A DNA stretch of 64,000 bases from Paraspadella gotoi (lineage: Eukaryota > Animalia > Chaetognatha). The notes beneath the pieces are model-generated. The model saw only the letters and a program-made list of their open reading frames with translations. It did not search any database and had not been told where the DNA came from. A program made the translations under genes and the position numbers. The DNA lies in contig CM119271.1 in the NCBI GenBank assembly GCA_051294375.1, positions 15,382,770 through 15,446,769 of the forward strand, read 5' to 3'. Each line of letters begins with the position of its first letter. Within the stretch, counting starts at the first letter, position 1. Shown here one piece after another: positions 28,084-39,160 of this stretch.

Positions 28084-31000
28084 ATGTCGCGAATTTTTAT
28101 TTACGTTGTTATCATCATCTGTGGATGCAAGTTTACCCAATGTTTTCCGAGTTCAGGTTAGTTTAGTCCTGCGAGAGTGCAGATCAATAGTAGATCAATA
28201 GTCACTTTTAATCATTTTAACTCTACTCACCTTTTTTAGTTTTTTTTTATTTTCCCTGTCTCTCTATGTCTCTTTTTTTTCTTGTTTATTTAATTATTTA
28301 ATCATTTCATTTTTTAAAAACCTCATTCTTTTTGTAAATCTTCTGTTTTTTTTTTTAACTTCTTTCTCAATTTCGGGAATGCACAATGCGGTTTTCTTCG
28401 AAAAATATTGTGGTCAGTAAAGTATTTGGCTGCCGTGATTTGATAAGAACACCCTCTACAGTAAAGTGTATTGCCTCAAAATTAGTTTGTAACTTTTCCG
28501 TAAATTTTTGTTCACTAAAGGTGGAGCGATTGGCAAATCGGTCCAGGCTCAATCAAATCAAGGTGGTGGCGAATTGCGTACTCAAGGCAAACAATTTTCC
28601 GGATCAGAAAATGACGTTCACAATAAAGTCATGGAAAAGCCGAACGAATTAATCGGAAAACATGACGCCTCGGAAGCATTGGAAATGTTAAAAGCCACGG
28701 GGGCCAAAAGCATAAACTTTCAGCCAATGCAAGGCTTTGATGGAATCAAAGAATTCCAACCAGCGGGCTGGAAGATGGAAATGCAAAGCAAGGGTAAAGA
28801 GAAAGAGCAGGAGGGAGAGAAGGAAGGAGCCTCCATGTGGCCAATGGGCGTCGGCATGGCTCTTATGAATGGTTGTTTTGGCAACAATTATAAGGTTGGA
28901 GATCCATGCTACGACTTTGCCCGAGTCTCACCTATTTGTCTTAACATCATTGATGCTGCAAATTTTCTGGGTGTTGGTTTCGATGGAAGAGGGTATTACT
29001 CTTCGGAAAGTCGAAAAAAGAGCATTATACAGAGAACATGCGCGGCCAAAGCTACATTCATGGGGAAAGATGTCCCCGATTGCATGAATGCTTTTGGAAT
29101 TTATGATTACTCTATAAATACCGAGACATTTCAAGATGCTTCCAAGTATATAAGCTATCTGCAAGAGAAAGCTGCAACTTCTAAGCAGGAAGCAATGTTT
29201 CAAATGGAATCAGAATCTATAATCAAAGGCGCCAGTTTTGGTGGCAATTTTGGTATGATAGGCGGCATGATTGGTCAAGCAGCTGGGGGGGCTGCTGGGG
29301 GTCGGGTAGGAGCAAGCATTGGGGGGGCTATTGGGTTTGGTACTGGGACTGGGTCAGGAAGTTCTAGTGAGAGTGGTGAAGGCTCAAAAAACTCGAACCT
29401 AAATGTTGGTCAGTCAGCATCTAAGAGTGCGGGAACCTCTGTACATATGATTGCTATTTTAGAGGCAGATCTAAAGCTTTATGAACTTGTTTTAGATGAA
29501 GTGAAACCAAGTGATCTATCCATAAATGTTTTGTCGGACATTCTGGGCCTACCTAGTTCCTACTTTCTAAACAACGCCGATGTTAAGTTTCAAAATTTTA
29601 TTTTAAGGTGGGGAACACATTTTGTTACATCAGCAAAATTTGGCGGTGAAATGCGAATCATGAAGACTTCAAAGAAAGAGTCATCTCTATCATCTGACCA
29701 ATTTGCGGCTCAGGCACAGTCCGAGTTTGCTGGAATGATGAGCGTCTTAAAGAGCAGTTTTGAGCAGAGGGAATCAAGATTTGGTTTTTTAGGCCTCGGT
29801 GGAAAGATTAGCAATGCCAAGCAGAGTGCCCAGGCAGGAAAACAGGAGACTGCTGAGATGAAAAACTCTCAAAACGCTGGAGGAACTCAGAGGAATGCGC
29901 AGTCTGAGTTCATCAAGACAACTTTAAATGTCAGAGGGGGTAACCCTGAAATTGCTGCAGCTATTACAGAGTTTTATACTCCAGAGTTTGGGGAGTTGTT
30001 TAAGGCTTGGCTTGACAGCATTGACGACTACATCAGACCCTTTGAATTCACCCTGGTTAAACTAAGCAGCATACTTAATATGAACATTGACAGCTTATTT
30101 CCCAATGACAATGCCAAATCAGGATGCTTTCAACCAGAGGGCTCTTTAAAAATTGATCCTGAAAATGGTTTGAAGTTTTTCGAAAGTGTGGAAACAAGGG
30201 TAGATAAGAATAAAAACACTTTCAACACAACAAGGCGCAATTTCTGTAAATATGGAAATTCAAAAGAAAAGTTTATGGAAAACTTGCTGAAGGCCAAAAT
30301 GGCTTTGGAAAGAGCAGAAACCATTTACATGGCCGAAGGACCCTTCTCTACCAGTAACTTTGATATTGTGGGCGGAGAGCCAGGATGCGAATCGCAAACC
30401 ATTGAATATGTAAAGAATGGGATGACCAAAACAAAAACTTGGCCCAAATTGAAAACCATCAAATATAAAGAGTTTAGGGTCGTCTTCAACATGCGGTATG
30501 GGCTTGAAAACATTGCCAAAGATGCTGAGTATGATGTTAAGTGCTCTAACGGTCGCTGGTACACAAAATACTCGGGAACTAAGTATCAAAATGAATTCAG
30601 CTGCCTCGACTCAGTCGATCCAAATGAGGTTTGCATCGCCGATCTTCCACTGCTGTATGACGAGAAAACGGGATTTTTTTATTTAAACCAAAAAAAATTT
30701 GATAAAGTGGCCTGGTGGTTGAAAGGGCCCGTGGCAACAGCTGTGTCACTAAACCCGATGGTTGAATTAGTTGCAAGCATCGGGTCAATTGGCTTTGCAC
30801 CTTGCAACGTCCAGTGGACTAACAGCCACAGGATTCACATCAATGGCGTGGGTTCTTGCATTTACTTTCAAGCTGCGTCCGAGGGCAGCATTTACTTGAT
30901 ATCGGCTAACATCCCCGAACGATATGACACTTGGCACTACATCCAAATGACGCCAGAGGGGGTCTCCTTTTACAAAGGAATGAGAGTCATGAAGGCTGTC

Positions 31001-34000
31001 AAGTCTGACGCAAGCGCAACCCTTGGTCAAAAATCACTTTTCATGGGATTCTTTGTCTGCTTTACAAAATCGCACGGGCGGTTAAGGTAAAATACTTAGC
31101 GGGCAATAAAAAAAAATTTATTTGGATCTGATTCATATTCTTTTAGGTATAAACATTTTTACATCGCATAAGTATTTGTCACATTATGTATAACAAACCA
31201 AAAAATGAAACTATAACCTTTTAAAAAAAATATACGTAATTAATTTTTGTTCCAATAAATTTAGGATCGACTACGGCAAGGCGCCGGAAGAGAAAGAGGT
31301 TGGCGTGGTCCAAGCGTCCTACACATTCACAAATCCTATTACCTTCAATCTCATGTACTTCACTTTTGGCGCTGGTGAAAAAAAATTGGGCGTCAGTGAC
31401 GTTCGAGTCGTGAATGACAAACCAAAGATTGAATGCGGTGAAGGTCTGATCTTTATCAATGGAAAATGCGAGCTGAACTGCCACAAGGAGTGCAACGGAT
31501 GTTTCAAACCTAATGATGCCAGTGCCTGTCAATCTTGCAAAAATGTAATCGCGCCCAACGAAGATGGACAAGTTTGCCTCGCCGAATGTAGCGCAAAGAT
31601 GACGAGGAAGGACAATACTTGTTCCTGTCCAAAGGGATCTATCGGTCGCAATGAAGACTGCGAGGGTAAAGATTATTTTTATAAACCTTTATTATGTGTT
31701 CTTTTTTAAGTTTCATCCTTTTTCTTTTTCTAACAAAAGTTAGGTTTACCTTTTATGAAAATTCACTATTTTAAGTTTTAGATTTTAAAATATTCATTAA
31801 AATTATACAATTATACATTACAAATTCTATATCTTTTATTTTTATTAATATTGATTAATTTTGGTTTTAGATAATCTAAATCTGAAAAAAATTATATTAG
31901 TTGTTGTTAGTGTTGTCTTCTGGAAATAGAAGGAGCATCTATACAACACAAAGTTATATTACTTCCTGCCATAGTTATATTATTAACGATTAGTATATAT
32001 TTTAACTGATGAGCGGGGTCTTCCGTCAATCATTTTTAGCACATATTAAACTTTGAAACAATATGTTCTGGTTTATTTTATATATACTACATAGCTCTTG
32101 TCATATATATCATATATTACATTCACTTATATGGATAAATGATTTTGTTTTTAAATCTATGGTTCTTCAGATGTGGATGAATGTGCCCTGAAACCATGCC
32201 GCAACAATGGAATATGCATCAAAGAGGGATTTTGGTACTCTTGCAAATGCCCAAAAGGCTATGACGGAAAGCATTGTGAAATAAGTAAGAAAAATAAGTT
32301 CTTTTAACATCATTGCAGACCCCACCACCAATTGTAATCAATAAAAACATAAAAACATTCAGGAATATGAGAATAAAACAAGTTTAAGCAAAAAATGTCG
32401 GATCTGCCCTCGATAATTTAGCGGTAAGCAGCTAATCAGATAATTAATTAAAATATATCTTAAATTTTTTTAAAAATTTATTGTGTTATAATCCTTCCAA
32501 AAAAAACTAACTTGAAGCTGATGAATTACAATCTAGGAAAAAAGTATATAACATAATTCATTTATTCAATAAAAAGTATACAAAACATGGGTAAAACATT
32601 CTCAATATTTGGTATGCCCTTCCTCGATATCGACTACTGCCTATATTTGTTTGGGAATGCTCTCATACAGCAAATTGAGGTATGACAGTGAAATGTTTTT
32701 CCACATCTTTAACGCAACACTTTTCAGCCCCGATATTGATGTTGCATGTCTTTCCCTCTTTTTTAAAAGGTATAATAGCATTTTTTTGAACCAAAAAGAG
32801 GTGCAAGGCCTTTAGCATTGCCAAATTAAAAAAAAAATTAACTAATTCTATTTGAAATAAAAACAAATAACTAAATACCAAAAATGGAGAAAAACTAAAT
32901 ATGATTTTTTTCGCCATTTTTCATTTGAAGTAACAATATTTTTTGGCCTGTAACTTCTAAACAATTTGACTTACAAAAAAATGAAAAGAAGCTACGAAAA
33001 AGAAATCCAATGTAGACCCGAAAACATTCTGATTTTTTTTAAATCATACAAGTTTTCGAGTAGATATCCTTTATTGAAAAAGTTATATACTTTTTTCCTA
33101 GATAGTATATAACAGAGTTTTCTCTATTTAAACTCGTTTCCACTTGGACGATTCCATCAAAACTTTTAATCACTTACTTTTCTACCCTCACATAAAATTT
33201 TATCTTAATCCATCCATCCCATTATATATAATTAAAATAATTAAAAGTAAATATAAGTAAACAAGGTCAAGTAAAGATGACTTTGTTTTTTCCATTTCCA
33301 CTTGCACGATTCCATCGAAACTTTATATCCAGCTCAATCATACAAAATTTCATCTCAATCCATCCATCCAATCATGGGTAATTGGAGTTTAATGCTAAGG
33401 GGGATGGATTGACTGACTGATAGACAGACAGACGGATTTATAGACCGACCAACGGATGGATGGACATAATTTTTTTTGCATAATTTATCATAATTTGATG
33501 TTCTGACCTGATTTAAAGTAAATGACTAACAATATTGAGGGGGTGGACCGACGGACCGACAAATTGGATTATAGACTCGGAATCTGCTGATAAGCAGATC
33601 CGACTAAAAATTAGTTGCAATAACTGGTAAATTATTAAGGATATAGAGTGAGCGAAGGCAATACTAGGCCAAACCAAAGATCCACAAAACTTTTATTTTT
33701 ATGACAGTTACCCGTGCATGCTTGAGAGTTCCCTGCCAAAATGGAGGCGTCTGTTCTGATGGCGGATCTTCTGTTGAATATTCATGCCAATGTAATCGGA
33801 TGTTTCAAGGGATAAATTGCGAGAGAGGTAAGTCAATGATGCAATTCGCCATTGTAATTTCTTCTGGTCCAAATTGAGAGAGATAGGTCTTTTAAATTTA
33901 ATACAAAATATTTTTCCAATCTATTGATGAGGATGTAAACGAGACTAAAAGTCTGGATTGAAAGCTTTCTGGCTTCTCCTATGTTACTGTCTCATAAGCA

Positions 34001-36796
34001 GTACTAACTAAACAAAGTCGATCCAAAGACAGGTGACAAGATTTGTGGATAAGGCGTTAAGCCGGGCTGAAAAGTGCTATACGCAACTTCTTTAACCGCC
34101 TCTAGCAACCATGAAAAGGGTTCTGGGCTTGGAACCAGGCTTGAGTTTTTCCACGCCGAAAGCGGCGTTCCTAACTCTTCCAGCAGGGTAGGTACCGGGT
34201 TGGGATTGAACCCGGTACCTAGTGGTCATGAGCTGATGGGCTTACTCAATGAACCACCGGGTCACGACTGAATGTGTCATGCTTATATGCGGGGTGAACT
34301 TATACATTATACAATACAATATACAATATACAATGCCCGACTACTGATTTATCTATTGAATAAAAAGAAAATTTTAAAATTGGTTTCTTAATTTATATCC
34401 AGTTTTAATATCTTGTTTTATGAAGTATCATTCAAAATTATTTTCTCATGAAATCGAATCTAACGTTTCAACATGATTTATTTCAAAGAATTGAATGAAT
34501 GCGCAATCAAACCATGTAACAAAGGGATTTGCTATCGAAAACCATCGGGTTACTTTTGCGATTGTGGAGAAAGGTTCGGAGGAAAAAACTGCGGTAAGAG
34601 GCCTGACTTTAACCTGATCGAGTTAAAAACGGAATTTAATAATTAACAATCATATTCATAACATTTATCGTTATCTTATTTATCATGAGAAAGTAAATTA
34701 TTATTCTTGGAAAAAATCGACATCCGTTCACCAATTTGTAAAAAAAAATTTCTATTTCAGGAAACTTGTTAATGATGTTTTTTGACGCCTCCTTTTTTAT
34801 CTCCCTGTTCCCATCCCTTTTTGTACCCACTGGCAGAGCAACCAAACATTTCTTCTCTTACTCGCGTACATGGTAGCTTCGTTTGGGGTTCCGACACATC
34901 AAAACTCACTGACGGAAAAATCAACACCTGTTTGACTCTGGAGCCTGATAGACAGATGGAAGTCACTTTAAACAGAAATTTTATGGGTTGGTTTTCATTG
35001 TTTGTTGTTACCTTTTTTGATCGACTCTTTAAGTATTGATCTTTTTTTTTTTTTTTTAGGAATAACAGTCTTTGTGTTTCAATAACGAATTTTTATTGAC
35101 AATCTTTTGTCGGACATGTTTCGACTTCATAAAGACGCTAATCAAGACTAAATAAGAGTCGAAACATGTCCGACTAAAGATTGTCAATAAAAATTCGTTA
35201 TTGAAACACAAAAACTGTTATTCCTAAAATTTCTAAACATAACGAAAAGAAAGGAAAATATTAATAGGTTTTTATCATAAAATGTGGGAGTATTGAATCT
35301 GCGACACGTTGAAGTTTCATCAGTACTATTCATTGATAAAGGCATCAGCGCAGCATTTAGTACTGTGGAAAAGGCGCTAAGTATATCCGCAACTTAATAC
35401 CCCTCTAACAGACATAGAATGGGTTGTATAACCAAGCAATGGGGGTTTCCCACACCCCAAGGGGCCCAAAGTGGTTTAAGACTGTCCTCACGCTTCTGGT
35501 AAGTCAGGGACAGAGTTGGGCTGCACCCAATGAGCCACCGGGCAAAAATGAGAAAAGGTAACCCTCGGCAAAGCCTGGTACAGTACGAGGATTCAGGTTA
35601 TTATAGCCGACAGTAGAGTTTAATTCAGACAGAGGAGGATGAGGAAATACCAGTTTTTCCCACAGTTGCTTCAGGCTAAACTGTTACATCTTAAATAAAC
35701 TCACTAATAAATATTCCTAACCCACTACCCTTACAGTAAAAACCGTCATTGTGGACATCAAAAATGTTCAAGTGCCAAGCATCAATCTCTTCAAAGACAA
35801 GCTTTACATGGGGTCAGACGCAACCGTTTACTCTTGATAATGAATATGCTTACAATTTGAATATCTATATGTCTACCATAATTTTTAACGCATAAGCTTT
35901 AATTTGGAACCCCTCCCAACTTTCTACAATTTTTCGTAATTGAATTATTAATAAAAATGATATTTTTTATTAAAAGAAGATTAATCAATTAGTATTCCCA
36001 AATAAATTATTTCTTAAAAATATAGATACAAATATGTTCTCAAATTGTAATGAAAAATAAATAATAAATACTATTTTTTATAAAAAAATATATGTTTAAT
36101 TAAAACAAATCTGGGAGAGGTCTCAAATTAAAGCTTATGCTTTGTAAATAATGATAGACATATAGATAGTCAAATTGTAAGCATATTCACTAAAACTACT
36201 AAATTATTTTTATAAAAAATTTAAAAAAACTTAAATTAGCATTTAAAAAAAATCCTGCCTTGATCGTATTTTTCTGACCTACCACATTAAGAGTCTTATG
36301 GGTATGCTATAAGATTTTATAGGTTTCAGAGATGGCACTTTTTTTGTTTCTTTAACATCCTTTATGCCATGACGTACGTCTTTTATTGACTTTTTCTTGC
36401 TTTATAATATGAATAGACAAATTAGACATCGCCTTAATCATAAATGGGAATATAGCATTCTTAAAAACATTTAAATATATGATTTTTAGAAATTTAATAT
36501 AAACTAACTTACTATGCATTTATATAGTAAATAAAATATAAATTACAATAATTATAACCACTGATTATTAATTTTAATCAAGAGGATAATCTCAAAATAT
36601 AAACCACACAATGATTGCGTCTGAACTCCCACATTCCAGTGAGTGCAAAGAATTGTCTTCATCGACAGTGACCGAGAGAGTCTTCCAATGCGATCTGGAG
36701 GCCGACGTGATTGAGATAAATCTCGAAGAATTCCCTGATTCTCCTGATCAAGAGAAGATTTGCGAAATTAGAATTTTTACTCATATCTTTTCATAG
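28084..36796 (+). CDS. MACPF gene 2: intact paralog, 9 exons, 1253 aa, same architecture as gene 1
   Basis: Exons 28084-28156 (signal peptide MSRIFIYVVIIICGCKFTQCFPSS), 28521-31086, 31265-31665, 32171-32284, 33708-33827, 34489-34593, 34837-34986, 35737-35812, 36640-36796. They sum to 3762 nt (1254 codons with stop). Signature RWGTHFVTSAKFGG; ends ...EKICEIRIFTHIFS*. Confidence 0.92.
28521..31086 (+). CDS. Gene 2 exon 2: linker, MACPF domain and start of FAMeT-like domain
   Basis: ORF 28508..31090 trimmed to acceptor cactaaag|g and donor ag|gtaaaa; colinear with gene 1 exon 2. Confidence 0.93.
31265..31665 (+). CDS. Gene 2 exon 3: beta-domain end plus furin-like repeat
   Basis: tttag|gatcgactac; CHKECNGCFKPNDASACQSCKN; donor g|gtaaag. 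Confidence 0.88.
32171..34593 (+). CDS. Gene 2 exons 4-6: three EGF-like modules
   Basis: DVDECALKPCRNNGICIKEGFWYSCKCPKGYDGKHCE; RACLRVPCQNGGVCSDGGSSVEYSCQCNRMFQGINCE; LNECAIKPCNKGICYRKPSGYFCDCGERFGGKNC. Confidence 0.9.
32376..33610. mobile_element. Helentron/DINE-1-like non-autonomous element
   Basis: Starts aaacaag...gtcggatctgc, has a (gaca/gacg)n core, and ends in hairpin tcggaatctgc-tgataa-gcagatccga followed by ctaaaaa (subterminal IR plus 3' stem-loop, DINE-1/HINE organisation). Confidence 0.65.
32529..33105. mobile_element. Tc1/mariner-type MITE nested in a Helentron-like element
   Basis: TA|CAATCTAGGAAAAAAGTATATAAC ... GTTATATACTTTTTTCCTAGATAG|TA. Confidence 0.75.
33849..34270 (-). 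mobile_element. tRNA-derived SINE (gene 2 intron 5)
   Basis: Minus strand tggttcattgag (A box), gggttcaatccc (B box), ggttccaagccc; near-identical copy at 38169-38542. Confidence 0.7.
34837..36796 (+). CDS. Gene 2 exons 7-9: C-terminal F-type lectin/discoidin-like (galactose-binding-like) domain
   Basis: KLTDGKINTC near the start and ICEIRIF at the end resemble the 'AxDG...TC' and 'LCEVEVF' hallmarks of the F-type lectin/F5-8 fold. Exon sizes of 150 and 76 nt match gene 1. Fold assignment is inference. Confidence 0.7.
35055..35229. repeat. ~175-bp hairpin, Penelope-like remnant with degenerate hammerhead core
   Basis: ttttaggaataacag...gacatgtttcgact mirrored by agtcgaaacatgtc...ctgttattcctaaaa. 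Confidence 0.7.
35830..36370. mobile_element. Partial copy of the same Transib-like MITE in gene 2 intron 8
   Basis: Shares gacctaccacattaagagtcttatggg...ggtttcagagatggcacttttttgtttc with 20540-20620, and the internal cataagctttaattt/aaagcttatgctttgt inverted repeat. Confidence 0.75.
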
Positions 36797-37861
36797 GAGG
36801 AAAAAGAAATATATATATATGTATATATATATATAGAAATATACCTTTCTGGAACGAAAAAAACCTGAAAGCTTCTTGTCAGGACAAGTTTTTTTTTTAA
36901 ATAACGTTGAGATTGGTTTTGATAAAATTTGATAACTTTTGTACCAATTTTACAAAATGTAGACTCAATTCAAACATCTATTTGTCGATCGATATCATTA
37001 AACTGCGAGCTTTAATTTAAGACCACTCCCAACTTTCTCCGACTTTTGGTAAAAAAAAACATTATTTTTCCTTAAAAAGAGTAATTAAATGGTGATAATA
37101 TAGTCACTATTAGTCAGGCTTTTATCTAAAAAAATAAAGATGCAAACAAGTTCTGTAAACAGTCTTCTTCAAATTCTGGGTTTTTTCTTTTTACTTTTAG
37201 TAGTCAAATTTTTTAAATTTCACATCACTCTACTAGAGAGTCCATTTTCTGTACCCTGTACCTACAAACAATTAGACTACGGTAATTGTTTATATAAAAA
37301 GTTTCAATGGTTTTAGGTTTTTAGAATACTTTTGATAATTACATTCATATGACCTGGGCTCCTACAAAAAAACTGGTTTGAATTACGAATATTTTATGAC
37401 GATATTTATAAAAAATTTAACTGCACTGTTCTTCATTCTAAAAATATACTGTTATAATGTTTAAAAAAATGTGTCTTATTTTTTATTTTACCCAATTTTT
37501 GTTTCAAGAATTTCAGATTATATTAAAATCAGTATTATTCTCAATTAATAAAATTAATATACGTCGGATTTGGTCTCGGATTACGTAATAGGTATGATCT
37601 AGGCACATATTGTATTATTATAATTATATATGAAATTGATACAATCAATATAAAAAAATTATCCATTCATTCAATAAATAAGCTATCTTGTCTCTGACTT
37701 TGGAATTTGGAAATTAGAATTTAGAATAAAAGATTTGGCATTCGCCTTAAACTTCGCCCCTTCCCTCTTCAAAATGAACACAAGAACTCTTCCATTGACC
37801 CATACCTCATCCACCGACCCATTTTCCTCACCTTTAGTGACCTCTGACCCCACGACCGATA

Positions 37862-37904
<43 letters not shown>

Positions 37905-38168
37905 GACGGGGAAAAAGAAAAAGATGACGACGACGACTGTCCGACACGCGTCTCGAATCAACAACAGACCGACATATCGACAAACAGACCAGCGTCGGTC
38001 AGGATTTTTCACGTCAAGGAAAAGAGGAGTCAAAAGGGAGAAGAAAGAGCAGACGGTCTGAAAAAGAAAGTTCTTGCCAAACATTCTTTGAATCATTATG
38101 AAACTTGGTTGGGAAACCAGGTACTCTGGGAGTGAATAAACTACACTGTGTGGGAGTCTTGATTAAAA

Positions 38169-38542
38169 CCATTGTAATTTCTTCTGGTCCAACTTTAGAG
38201 GGATAGGTCTTTTAAATTTAATACTAAATATTATTCCAATCTATTGATGAGGATGTAAACGAGACTAAAAGTCAAGATTGAAAGCTTTCTGGCTTCTCCT
38301 ATGTTACTGTCTCATAGCAGTACTAACTAAACAAAGTCTATCCAAAGACAGGTGACAAGATTTGTGGATAAGGCGTTAAGCCGGGCTAAAGAGTGCTATC
38401 CGCAACTTCTTTAACCGCCTCTAGCAACCATGAAACGGGTCCTGGGCTTGGATCCAGGCTTGAGGTTTTCCACGCCAAAAGCGGCGGTCCTAACGCTTCC
38501 TGCAGGGTATGTACCGGGTTGGGATTGAACCCGGTACCCGGT
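38169..38542 (-). mobile_element. 5'-truncated copy of the same SINE flanked by ~148-bp direct repeats
   Basis: Body matches 33849-34220; flanks 38021-38168 and 38543-38690 are near-identical. Confidence 0.75.
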
Positions 38543-39105
38543 AAAGAGGAGTCAAAAGGGAGAAGAAAGAGCAGACGGTCTTGAAAAAGAAAGTTCTTGC
38601 CAAACATTCTTTGAATCATTATGAAACTTGGTTGGGAACCAGGTACTCTGGGAGTGAATAAACTACACTGTGTGAGAGTCTTGATTAAAAGCTTGCGGAG
38701 GTCCCGCTTTGTTAATATATTGTAAGAAGGTCTAGATTATTTATATATCGGTTCGTAAACATTCAGAAGTAATATATCATCAAATTTTTTAATACATACG
38801 TATCAACGCAGTGGTTAAAGGAACAAAAACCATCATTTGTAACTTAGTTTTCTCATTAAAATTTAAATTCAAAAAATGATATTTACAATAACACATAATG
38901 CTTGTAATTTTTAATTAAAGTAATCTCATTTATCATATTTACCATACCGACAACATATGACGTAGAATTAATACATCCCTTGTTTAATCAAATTTTCCGA
39001 GCACGTATTATTTCCTGACGCAAGATATGACACAATTTATGACATAATTTATGACACACTTGCGTGATCGGACTCGATCGTTATTTACGTCGTCCACAGT
39101 GTTTT

Positions 39106-39160
<55 letters not shown>

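Noticed and set aside
7340-31571. Alternative-frame and antisense ORFs overlapping the MACPF exons, similar in both paralogs
   Set aside because: Shadow ORFs whose similarity follows from conservation of the sense CDS.
36611-36639. Independent 61-aa gene starting at ATG 36611
   Set aside because: Better explained as the last exon of gene 2, using acceptor cccacattccag at 36639 in the correct phase.
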